Source of the DNA: a virus
Virus record (IMG/VR): IMGVR_UViG_3300028586_000006
Coordinates: 1-45,518 of that record
Reading direction: 5' to 3' (one strand)
DNA length: 45,518 nucleotides
Positions 24,265 to 32,141 of the stretch are shown in pieces (the stretch's first letter is position 1; each line of letters begins with the position of its first letter). The notes beneath the pieces were generated by a model that worked only from the letters and a program-made list of their open reading frames with translations, was not told the DNA's origin and did not search any database. The position numbers and the translations under genes are program-made.

Positions 24265-24792
24265 ATGTACGAGATCAAGATCACCGCCACCACGCTGCCG
24301 GAACTCGCCAGCGCGATCCTTGCTGTCGCCGAGAATTACCGAGCAATCCCTGCAGGGGGCACCATCAGCGACACCGCACCCGCCGACGACAAGCCGAAGC
24401 GCACCCGCGCCAAGGCGGAACCGACCGGCGACGCGGCACCCGCTGCCAGCAAGCTCGAGCCGGCTGACGAGGGAAACGCCGGTGCGAACGCGGGCACGAG
24501 CGCAGCATCCGATACGGTCGGCACGTCACAGGACGATGGCTCGACGTCTTCGACTTCCACGACTGCGACGAGCGCTGCATCCCTTTCTGACGAGAAGCCC
24601 GCCGCCGGCCCGACGCGCGATGACGCGATGTCCGTTGCGGTCAAGTTCAGCCAGAAGCACGGTACCGACGCACTGGAAAAGGCGCTGGAGAAGGTTGGCG
24701 CGAAGAAGTTCAGCGACGTCGGCGCGGACAAATATCAGGCGTTCATCGACGAGATGAACGGTGTCGACAAGGCAGCCAGCGCGCTGTCGTGA
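24265..24792 (+). CDS. Hypothetical protein with a long disordered acidic/Ser-Thr-rich centre
   Basis: 175-aa ORF with GGAGAAC upstream. It has folded-looking N- and C-terminal segments (MYEIKITATTLPELASAIL... and ...KFSQKHGTDALEKALEKVGAKKFSDV). Confidence 0.8.
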   Translation: MYEIKITATTLPELASAILAVAENYRAIPAGGTISDTAPADDKPKRTRAKAEPTGDAAPAASKLEPADEGNAGANAGTSAASDTVGTSQDDGSTSSTSTTATSAASLSDEKPAAGPTRDDAMSVAVKFSQKHGTDALEKALEKVGAKKFSDVGADKYQAFIDEMNGVDKAASALS

Positions 24793-24798
24793 TATCGG

Positions 24799-24885
24799 GG
24801 TGCGGCGCTTTCGGGCGCCGCGCTTCCGGTGAGGGGCGGGACGTCTACCCGCGGGGTCGATTTAGATTTCACCCCGCCCCTCTCC
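24799..24885 (+). promoter_or_regulatory. Structured intergenic RNA element, copy 1 (UUCG hairpin plus a long-range GGTGAGGGGCGGG / CCCGCCCCTCTCC helix)
   Basis: The hairpin is 24802-24808 / 24815-24821. The long-range arms are 24828-24840 and 24873-24885. It is homologous in sequence and architecture to 27068-27170. Confidence 0.55.
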
Positions 24886-24907
24886 CGAAGCACCTGGAGG
24901 ACGAACA

Positions 24908-25093
24908 ATGAAAATCATGATCGAAGTGGACGGCACCAACCCACGGACTGGGGCGCCTGACGTGGCATATCTAACCGTGGTGATCGACGATCTGCTGATT
25001 CGGTCGGTTCGAGGTAGTCGAAAAGCATACATCATGCAGGAAGTCGGCAACGCGATCGACAAGCTGCTAGAAACGGAAGGCGTATTGCAGTGA
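24908..25093 (+). CDS. Hypothetical small protein
   Basis: 61-aa ORF with the SD CTGGAGGAC. G+C is lower. The stop overlaps the next GTG start (GTGA). Confidence 0.7.
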   Translation: MKIMIEVDGTNPRTGAPDVAYLTVVIDDLLIRSVRGSRKAYIMQEVGNAIDKLLETEGVLQ

Positions 25094-26403
25094 CCGAGGT
25101 CGTCGAGAAGAAGCACGCCGTCCTGTCGCCGAGCGGCTACAGCCGGTGGTCGGCCTGTCCCGGTAGCGTGGCGCTCGAAGCGCCGTTCCCGAACCGCGGC
25201 AGCCACTATGCACGCTATGGCACCGCGATGCACGAGATCGGCGAGAAATGCCTGCTCGGCGCTGGCGATGCCGAGCAGTTCGTCGGCGATACGTTCGTCG
25301 TCGAGGGGTACGACATCGTGGTGACGATGGAGATGGCCGACGTCGTCAACGAATACGTGTCATACGTTGGCACGTTCCTCGATGCCGCGGCGGGCGATAT
25401 CATCATGCCCGAGCAGCGCGTGCCGCTGACGCACATGACCGGCGAGGAAGGTGCCGAGGGCACGTCGGACGTCGTCGGCTTCCGCAAGCGCGCGACCGGC
25501 GGCTGGACGATGGTCATCATCGACCTGAAGACCGGGCAGGGCGTGCCGGTGTTCGCCAAGGGCAACGGGCAGCTGCGCATGTACGCCGGCGGAGCGCTGC
25601 GCAAGTTCAGCGCGCTCTATGACGTGGTCGACGTGCAGATGGTCATTATCCAGCCGCCGCTGAAGATCGTCGACGACGAGACGCTGACGGTCGACGAACT
25701 GCGCGCGTTCATGGATGAGGTATCGATCGCCGCCGGACGCACGCAGATCGGGGGCGTCGAGCTGGTGCCGGGCGAGAAGCAGTGCAAGTTCTGCCGTGCC
25801 AAGTCGACCTGCCCGGCGCTGCGTGACGAGGTGCTGGCGACCGTCACCACGATGACGCCTGGCGCGTTCCGCAATCTCGACGATGATATCGCCGCGCTGC
25901 CGAAGACCGTGTCGGCGGAAATCAAGGTGGCGGATGACGGCGAACTGCTCGCCGCGCAGATGCGCAGCCTCAAGCTGGTCGAGGACTGGATGAAGGGTGT
26001 GCGCGCCGAGGTGGAGCGGCGGCTGTTCGAAGGGCAGCCGGTGCCGGGCTTCAAGGTGGTGCAGGGCAAGCAGGGCAACCGCGCGTGGAGCGATCCCGAT
26101 GCCGCGCTGGCGGCGCTCAAGAAGGTGCCGACGCTGAAGATCGACGACGTGGCACCGCGCGCCGTGGTGTCGCCGACCGCTGCCGAGAAGCTGCTGAAGG
26201 GCGACGAGAAGCGCTGGTCGAAGATCGCGCCGCTGATTACGCAGGCACCCGGCAAGCCGTCGGTCGCGCCCGCCAGCGACTCCCGTCCCGAGTATCAGGT
26301 CGTCTCGACGGCCGACAGCTTCGCCACGCTCCCCGCGGCGGAAATCCCCTTGACAAGCGAAAGCGGCAAGGGCAAACCGAGCGTGCAGGATCTGCTCTCG
26401 TAG
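25090..26403 (+). CDS. DUF2800-type PD-(D/E)XK (Cas4/RecB-like) nuclease
   Basis: 437 aa. The N-terminus LSPSGYSRWSACPGS is the DUF2800 signature. A C-terminal Cys cluster reads KQCKFCRAKSTCPA. It is followed by the usual DUF2815 and PolA partners. Confidence 0.85.
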   Translation: MTEVVEKKHAVLSPSGYSRWSACPGSVALEAPFPNRGSHYARYGTAMHEIGEKCLLGAGDAEQFVGDTFVVEGYDIVVTMEMADVVNEYVSYVGTFLDAAAGDIIMPEQRVPLTHMTGEEGAEGTSDVVGFRKRATGGWTMVIIDLKTGQGVPVFAKGNGQLRMYAGGALRKFSALYDVVDVQMVIIQPPLKIVDDETLTVDELRAFMDEVSIAAGRTQIGGVELVPGEKQCKFCRAKSTCPALRDEVLATVTTMTPGAFRNLDDDIAALPKTVSAEIKVADDGELLAAQMRSLKLVEDWMKGVRAEVERRLFEGQPVPGFKVVQGKQGNRAWSDPDAALAALKKVPTLKIDDVAPRAVVSPTAAEKLLKGDEKRWSKIAPLITQAPGKPSVAPASDSRPEYQVVSTADSFATLPAAEIPLTSESGKGKPSVQDLLS

Positions 26404-26443
26404 AGCCTGTCTTTTGGAAGCTACGACACAAGGAAGCTACGAC

Positions 26444-27064
26444 ATGAAGGTGATGTTGATCGATACCCCCGCCGACCCCGTCCGGTTCGGCTTCGCGCAT
26501 CTGTTCACGAAGCGCCCCGGGATGAAGAACCAGGACGGCTCGACCTCCGAAGCGAAATACGAACTGACACCGATCATCGTGCCGGGCGGCGACAACGCCA
26601 AGCGCGTCGAGGAAGCGATCGTCGCGGTCGCCAAGGAGAAGTGGGGCGACAACTGGCGCGATCTCTACGCCGAGTTCGCCGACGACCAGAAGGGGCTGCG
26701 CAAGGGCGACGGCAAGCGCAACCAGTCCGGCGAAACTTATGATGGGTTCGCGGGCAATCTCTTCGTCACTGCGCGCAACACGAACCGCCCCGGCGTGTTC
26801 AACCGCACCGCGGCGCCGGTCGTCGAAGGCGACGACGGCGCGCCGTACAGCGGTTGTTTTGGCAACGTCGAGATCGACGTGTGGGCGCTGAAGAAGCAGG
26901 GCGTGAAGAAGCGGATCGTCATCGATCTGCTCGGTGCACAGAAGACGCGCGACGGTGATGCGTTCGGCGCCGGCAGCGCGCCGTCCAAGGCGTCCGCGTT
27001 CGCCAATCTCTCGGCAGCGGATGACGCCGACGAGAAGCCGAAGGCGACCAGCCTGCTCGGCTGA
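26444..27064 (+). CDS. DUF2815-type single-strand DNA-binding-like protein
   Basis: 206 aa from ATG 26444 (AAGGAAG upstream). MKVMLIDTPADPVRFGFAHLF...KYELTPIIV...GDG...YDGFAGNLFVTARN..RPGV...YSGCFGNVEIDVWA fits DUF2815. The call is supported by synteny with DUF2800 and the DNA polymerase. Confidence 0.8.
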   Translation: MKVMLIDTPADPVRFGFAHLFTKRPGMKNQDGSTSEAKYELTPIIVPGGDNAKRVEEAIVAVAKEKWGDNWRDLYAEFADDQKGLRKGDGKRNQSGETYDGFAGNLFVTARNTNRPGVFNRTAAPVVEGDDGAPYSGCFGNVEIDVWALKKQGVKKRIVIDLLGAQKTRDGDAFGAGSAPSKASAFANLSAADDADEKPKATSLLG

Positions 27065-27067
27065 CAC

Positions 27068-27170
27068 GGTGCGGCGCCTTCGGGCGCCGCGCTTTCGGTG
27101 AGGGGTGCATCGGGCCGCTGACGAGCGGATAGGCCGACGGCCTGCTTGAACGACAGGCGCACCCCTCTCC
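27068..27170 (+). promoter_or_regulatory. Structured intergenic RNA element, copy 2 (C(UUCG)G hairpin plus a long-range GGTGAGGGGTGC / GCACCCCTCTCC helix)
   Basis: The hairpin is 27071-27078 / 27083-27090. The long-range arms are 27097-27108 and 27159-27170. Inner hairpins lie at 27115-27128 and 27131-27143. Confidence 0.55.
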
Positions 27171-27191
27171 TAAAGCGTTCTGGAGAACATC

Positions 27192-27578
27192 GTGGAAATC
27201 TGGCGCGACATCCCCGGATACGAGGGGCGCTATCAGGTCAGTGACGAAGGGCGCGTACGGTCTCTTGATCGACGCGTTCGTCTTTGGACGCTGCAAGGTG
27301 GTGAGCAGTTTGTCAAAAAAGCAGGTCGGGTGCTAACCCCCGGCGTTCTATCGACAGGACATCTCTACGTCTTCCTCGGGCGGGGCAATAGGCGGGCGGT
27401 TCATAGGCTCGTGCTAGAGACGTTTGAAGGGCCATGTCCCGCCGGTATGGAATGTCTGCATGGACCGGATGCAAATCCCGCTAACAATCACCAAAATAAT
27501 CTTCGGTGGGGGACACGAAGCGAAAACTTGAAAGACGATTACGCACGAGGCGTCCGCACGCCAATGGTGTATCTATGA
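27192..27578 (+). CDS. HNH homing endonuclease (NUMOD4 + HNH_3 type)
   Basis: 128 aa with a GTG start after TCTGGAGAAC. WRDIPGYEGRYQVSDEGRVRSL is a NUMOD4-like motif; VHRLVLETFEG...CLHGPDANPANNHQNNLRWGT..EN is the HNH_3 core. G+C is lower. The stop overlaps the DNA polymerase ATG (ATGA). Confidence 0.85.
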   Translation: MEIWRDIPGYEGRYQVSDEGRVRSLDRRVRLWTLQGGEQFVKKAGRVLTPGVLSTGHLYVFLGRGNRRAVHRLVLETFEGPCPAGMECLHGPDANPANNHQNNLRWGTRSENLKDDYARGVRTPMVYL

Positions 27579-29590
27579 CTATTTTGTTTCTGGATATCGA
27601 GAGCTATTCCGATATCCCGATCCGCGACGGCACGCACCGCTATGCCGAGAGCGTCGAGATCACCGTCGCGTCTTGGGCGTTCGATGACGAGCCCGAAGAC
27701 GTGGTCGACCTGACGCTCGGCGGTGGGTTGCCGCGGCGGGTCGTCGACGCGATCCGCGATCCCGCGGTGACAATCGTCGGCCACAACTTTGGCATGTTCG
27801 ACCGCGTCGTGCTGCGCGCGGCCGGGCTCGACATTCCCGCCGATCGGCTGTGGGACACGATGGTGCAGGCTCTGGCGCATGGCCTACCGGGCAGCCTCGA
27901 ACGGCTCGGCGACATCTTCGGCATTAGCGAGGATCAGGCGAAGCTCGCCAGCGGGAAGCGGCTGATCCAGATGTTCTGCAAGCCGGCGCCGAAGAACCAG
28001 ACAGTGCGCCGCCGCACCCGGTTGACTGATCCGAAGGAGTGGGCCGAGTTCCTCGATTACGCGAAGCGCGATATCCCGGCGATGCGCTTCCTCTACCGCA
28101 ACATGCCGCGCTGGAACTATCCCGGCGATCGCACGGCGAACGGCTACCGCGGCGAGTACGACAACTGGCTGCTCGACCAGGCGATCAACGATCGCGGGAT
28201 GTGCGTTGACACCGATCTGGCGCGCGCGGCGATCGACGCCGTCAACAAGGCGCAGAAGGTGCTCGACGCTCGCACCGCCGAGATGACCGATGACGAGGTG
28301 GCGCGCACCTCGCAGCGCGACAAGCTGCTTGCGCATCTGCTCGCCGAATACGGCGTCACGCTGCCCGATATGGCGAAGACCACTCTCGAGCGACGGCTGC
28401 ACGATGACAATCTGCCCGACGCGGTGCGCGAGCTGCTCGCGAACCGGCTGGAGAGCAGCACGACGTCGAACAGCAAATACAACGCGCTGCTGCGCGGCGT
28501 GTCGCGCGATGGCCGACTGCGCGGCACGCTCCAGTTCTGCGGCGCCGCGCGCACCGGCCGTGATGCCGGGCGGTTGTTCCAGCCGCAGAACCTGCCGCGA
28601 CCCGATATGGCGGCAGCGGATATCGAACACGGTATCGCGGCGCTGAAGGCGGGCACCGCGCACCTGCTGTTCGACAGCCCGATCAAGCTGGCGAGCAACG
28701 CTATCCGCGGTTGCATCGTCGCCGCGCCCGGGCGCAAGCTGGTCGTCGGCGACTTCGCGCAGATCGAAGCGCGTGTCCTGCCCTGGCTGGCGGGTGAGCA
28801 GTGGAAGCTCGATGCGTTCGCCGCCTATGACGCCGGCGAGGGGCCGGATCTCTACAAGGCGACCGCGGCGCGCGTCACCGGTAAGCCCGTCGACGAGGTG
28901 ACGAAGCCCGACCGTCAGCGCTATGGCAAGGTGCCCGAGCTCGCGTGTGGCTACGGCGGCGCGAAGGGCGCGTTCTTGTCCATGTCCCGCCTGCTCGGCG
29001 GTGACGAGATGCCGGAAGCGCAGGCCAAGGAGATCGTCGACGCGTGGCGCGCGGCAAACCCCGCGATCGCCGACTGGGATGACGGGCTATGGGCGCTGCT
29101 GAACCGCGCTGCCTTTGACGCGATGCGGTCACCGGGTCAGGTGTTCTCGGTCAACGGCAAGATGACTTTCGAGAAGTGGCGCGCGTGGCTGCGCTTCACG
29201 CTGCCGAGTGGACGCGCGCTCTGCTACGCGGATCCGCAGATCATCGAAGACCCGCGGATGCCGGGCAAGATGACGCTCTCCTACATGGGGCTGAACAGCT
29301 ATACCCGCAAATGGGAACGGCTGACGACCTACGGCGGCAAGCTGTCGGCGGACGGTACGCAGGCGACAGCGCGCGATCTGCTATGGCACGCAGCGCAGAA
29401 CGTTGAGCGCGCTGGCTATCCGATCCTGACCCGCATCCACGACGAACTGGTGACCGAACCGCTTGACAGCGACAAGTTCAATGTGGCAGGGATGATCGCC
29501 GAGATGACCCGCCGTCCGTGGTGGATCGACGATGCGCTGCCCCTCGCCGCTGACGGCTTCGAGGGACCGCGTTATCGGAAGGACGGCTAA
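27575..29590 (+). CDS. Family A DNA polymerase with a 3'-5' exonuclease domain
   Basis: 671 aa from ATG 27575.
- ExoI: FLDIESYS.
- Motif A: VVGDFAQIEARVL.
- Motif B: RQRYGKVPELACGYGGA.
- Motif C: RIHDELV. Confidence 0.9.
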   Translation: MTILFLDIESYSDIPIRDGTHRYAESVEITVASWAFDDEPEDVVDLTLGGGLPRRVVDAIRDPAVTIVGHNFGMFDRVVLRAAGLDIPADRLWDTMVQALAHGLPGSLERLGDIFGISEDQAKLASGKRLIQMFCKPAPKNQTVRRRTRLTDPKEWAEFLDYAKRDIPAMRFLYRNMPRWNYPGDRTANGYRGEYDNWLLDQAINDRGMCVDTDLARAAIDAVNKAQKVLDARTAEMTDDEVARTSQRDKLLAHLLAEYGVTLPDMAKTTLERRLHDDNLPDAVRELLANRLESSTTSNSKYNALLRGVSRDGRLRGTLQFCGAARTGRDAGRLFQPQNLPRPDMAAADIEHGIAALKAGTAHLLFDSPIKLASNAIRGCIVAAPGRKLVVGDFAQIEARVLPWLAGEQWKLDAFAAYDAGEGPDLYKATAARVTGKPVDEVTKPDRQRYGKVPELACGYGGAKGAFLSMSRLLGGDEMPEAQAKEIVDAWRAANPAIADWDDGLWALLNRAAFDAMRSPGQVFSVNGKMTFEKWRAWLRFTLPSGRALCYADPQIIEDPRMPGKMTLSYMGLNSYTRKWERLTTYGGKLSADGTQATARDLLWHAAQNVERAGYPILTRIHDELVTEPLDSDKFNVAGMIAEMTRRPWWIDDALPLAADGFEGPRYRKDG

Positions 29591-29603
29591 CTGGAGAACG
29601 GCT

Positions 29604-29756
29604 GTGGATCAGCAAGATCAAGCGGATCGCATAGATGCGCTGCTCGATGAGTTCGAGAATGCTGTGATTGAGTATCGCGAATACCAATGCGGCGAGACCG
29701 GCGATCGTTATGACAAGGCACGCACAGCGATTGCCGACGCGCTGGTCAACGTATGA
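29604..29756 (+). CDS. Possible 50-aa protein
   Basis: GTG start 3 nt after CTGGAGAACG. Sequence: VDQQDQADRIDALLDEFENAVIEYREYQCGETGDRYDKARTAIADALVNV. The stop overlaps the next ATG (ATGA). Confidence 0.5.
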   Translation: MDQQDQADRIDALLDEFENAVIEYREYQCGETGDRYDKARTAIADALVNV

Positions 29757-30157
29757 GCGACCTCGGCTATTGCCCCGACTGCAACGCCCCCGGCGTCGGC
29801 CGTCGCCGCGGCACCGTCTATTGCCTGAACGGCCACGGCCATGCGCCGGACGCGTTCGTGCATCGCGTCACGGCGCCGCGCGTCAAGGAGCAGCTCGTCG
29901 AGAGCTATCTGGTGCAGCGCGTCAAGGAGACCGGTGGCACGGTGCGCAAGGTGCGATGGGACGGCCACCCCGGCGCGCCGGACCGGTTGTGCGGCTGGCC
30001 GGGACGCCACGGTCTCGTCGAGACGAAACGCCCGCATGGCAAGGCGGAAGCTCACCAGGCGCGCGAGCATGACAAGCTACGCGCTATCGGATTTCGCGTT
30101 GACGTGATCGACACGAAGGAAGGCGTCGACGCGTACGTTGCGGAGATGACGGGATGA
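29753..30157 (+). CDS. VRR-NUC domain nuclease with an N-terminal zinc ribbon
   Basis: 134 aa. The motifs are CPDC...C.NGH, then GAPDRL....GLVETKRPHGKAEAHQAREHDKLRAIGFRVDVI (D...ExK core). Confidence 0.8.
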   Translation: MSDLGYCPDCNAPGVGRRRGTVYCLNGHGHAPDAFVHRVTAPRVKEQLVESYLVQRVKETGGTVRKVRWDGHPGAPDRLCGWPGRHGLVETKRPHGKAEAHQAREHDKLRAIGFRVDVIDTKEGVDAYVAEMTG

Positions 30158-30741
30158 GGGTGCTAGTAGCTTGCGAATATAGCGCAACGGTGCGGGATGC
30201 GTTTCGTGCGCGAGGACATGATGCCTGGTCGTGCGATCTCTTGCCGACCGAAGGTGATCCGTCATATCATTGGCAGAAAGACTGCATCGACGTTGCTACG
30301 CTGACAGACCATTTCGGAAATTGGGATTTGATGATCGCTCATCCGCCCTGTACCGACTTGGCCGTCAGCGGCGCGCGGCACTTTGCCGAGAAGATTGCGG
30401 ATGGCCGACAGCAACGGGCGCTGGACTTCGTGCAGGCGCTGCTTGAGGCACCCATACCACGCATCGCTCTAGAAAACCCCATCAGCGTCATCAGTAGCAA
30501 GATCCGAAAGCCGGACCAGATCATTCAGCCGTGGCAGTTTGGACATGGTGAAACGAAAGCGACCTGCCTGTGGCTGAAGAACCTGCCCCCGCTGACGCCG
30601 GTCAATGTCGTCGCGGGACGCAGCGACCGCATCCATAAGATGCCGCCCGGACCCAACCGGTGGAAGGAACGCAGCCGCACTTATCAAGGTATCGCTGACG
30701 CGATGGCGGATCAGTGGTCGCGCGCGGTGCTTCTCTCGTGA
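30154..30741 (+). CDS. Small DNA cytosine-C5 methyltransferase-like protein (no obvious target-recognition domain)
   Basis: 195 aa. MRVLVACEYSATVRDAF lies in place of motif I. HPPCTDLAVSG is a motif IV-like PC dipeptide and ALENP is motif VI-like. The C-terminus is RSRTYQGIADAMADQW. G+C is lower. Confidence 0.65.
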   Translation: MRVLVACEYSATVRDAFRARGHDAWSCDLLPTEGDPSYHWQKDCIDVATLTDHFGNWDLMIAHPPCTDLAVSGARHFAEKIADGRQQRALDFVQALLEAPIPRIALENPISVISSKIRKPDQIIQPWQFGHGETKATCLWLKNLPPLTPVNVVAGRSDRIHKMPPGPNRWKERSRTYQGIADAMADQWSRAVLLS

Positions 30742-32141
30742 CCCGCATCCCCTTCACCCCGCGACCATGGCAGCCGATGATGATGGAGCATATCGCCGAG
30801 CATCGCCGCTGCGCGCTGTTCGCGAAGATGGGATCGGGCAAGACCTCGGCGACGTTAATCGGGCTGCAGGCACTGGATCTGCTCGACGAAGGACCGGCGC
30901 TTATCATTGCGCCGAAGCGCGTCGCGAAGAACACATGGCCCGCCGAGGTGAAGCGCTGGAACGAGACGGCGCATCTGCGCGTCGAGCCGATCGTCGGCAA
31001 TCTCACCGAGCGGTTCCAGGCGATCGCCCGGCCGGCGCAATTCTACACCACGAATTACGAGCAGCTGCCGTGGCTGGTCCGACACTTCGGTCGCAACTGG
31101 CCGTACCGCACGATCATCGCCGACGAAAGCACGAAGCTGAAGGGGCATCGGCTGCGCAACGGCGGCGCGCGCACTGACGCGCTGGCGAAGGTCGCGCACC
31201 GCTACGAGAACCGCTTCATCGAGTTGACCGGCACGCCGTCGCCGAACGGGCTGAAGGATCTGTGGGGGCAGCTCTGGTTCATCGACCGCGGCAAGCGCCT
31301 CGGCACCAGCTTCGACGCGTTCTCGCAACGGTGGTTCCGTCCCGATCCGTCCGGCTACGGGCTCGAACCGCTGCGTTACGCGCAAGAGGAAATCCAGAAC
31401 GCGATCCGCGATATCGCGCTGACGGTCGACCCGGCCGACTGGATCAAACTCGACCCGGTCATCGAGACCGATATCGTGGTGCCGCTGCCGGCAGCGGCAC
31501 GCGGCGTCTACGAGAAGATGGAGCGCGAGATGTTCTTGGAGCTCGAGCGCAGCGGTGCGCTGCACGAGATCGAGGCGGTCAACGCCGCGGTTCGGACGAA
31601 CAAATGCCTGCAGATCGCCAGCGGTGCGCTCTATCTCGGCGATGCCAGCGACGCCGGTCCGCGCGAATGGGCGGATCTGCATGACGCGAAGCTGGAGGCG
31701 CTGGAGAGCGTCGTCAACGAGGCGGGCGGAATGCCGGTGCTGGTGGCGTACCAGTTCAAGAGTGATCTCGCGCGGATCCTGAAGGCGTTCCCGCAAGCGC
31801 GCTACTTCGACGATAGCCGCGAGACCGAGGACGCCTGGAACGCCGGCCGTATCCCGATCCTCGTCGCGCATCCCGATAGCGCGGGGCACGGCTCCAATCT
31901 CCAGCACGGTGGCAACATCCTCGTCGACTTCTCGTCGGGCTGGAACCTGGAGAGCGACGACCAGATCATCGAGCGGCTCGGGCCGATGCGTCAGTATCAG
32001 GCCGGCTATGACCGCCCGGTGTATCGGTATCGCATCATCGCCGAAGGCACCGTCGATGCGATGGTCAAGGAACGGCGCACCTCCAAGCGCCGGGTGCAGG
32101 ACATTCTCCTGGAGAATATGAAAAGGAAGGGATTGGTATGA
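30738..32141 (+). CDS. SNF2/DEAD-like superfamily 2 helicase
   Basis: 467 aa from GTG 30738 (GTGA overlap). Motif I is AKMGSGKT and motif II is IADESTKLK. The C-terminal helicase lobe includes ...ILVAHPDSAGHGSNLQ... Confidence 0.85.
   Translation: MTRIPFTPRPWQPMMMEHIAEHRRCALFAKMGSGKTSATLIGLQALDLLDEGPALIIAPKRVAKNTWPAEVKRWNETAHLRVEPIVGNLTERFQAIARPAQFYTTNYEQLPWLVRHFGRNWPYRTIIADESTKLKGHRLRNGGARTDALAKVAHRYENRFIELTGTPSPNGLKDLWGQLWFIDRGKRLGTSFDAFSQRWFRPDPSGYGLEPLRYAQEEIQNAIRDIALTVDPADWIKLDPVIETDIVVPLPAAARGVYEKMEREMFLELERSGALHEIEAVNAAVRTNKCLQIASGALYLGDASDAGPREWADLHDAKLEALESVVNEAGGMPVLVAYQFKSDLARILKAFPQARYFDDSRETEDAWNAGRIPILVAHPDSAGHGSNLQHGGNILVDFSSGWNLESDDQIIERLGPMRQYQAGYDRPVYRYRIIAEGTVDAMVKERRTSKRRVQDILLENMKRKGLV

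Noticed and set aside
26350-26355. TTGACA hexamers inside coding regions (26350-26355 in the DUF2800 gene; 29463-29468 in the DNA polymerase gene) as internal promoters.
   Set aside because: No plausible -10 element lies at 16-19 nt (CAAACC and GCAGGG respectively), and the hexamers have no conserved flanks like those at the intergenic sites.
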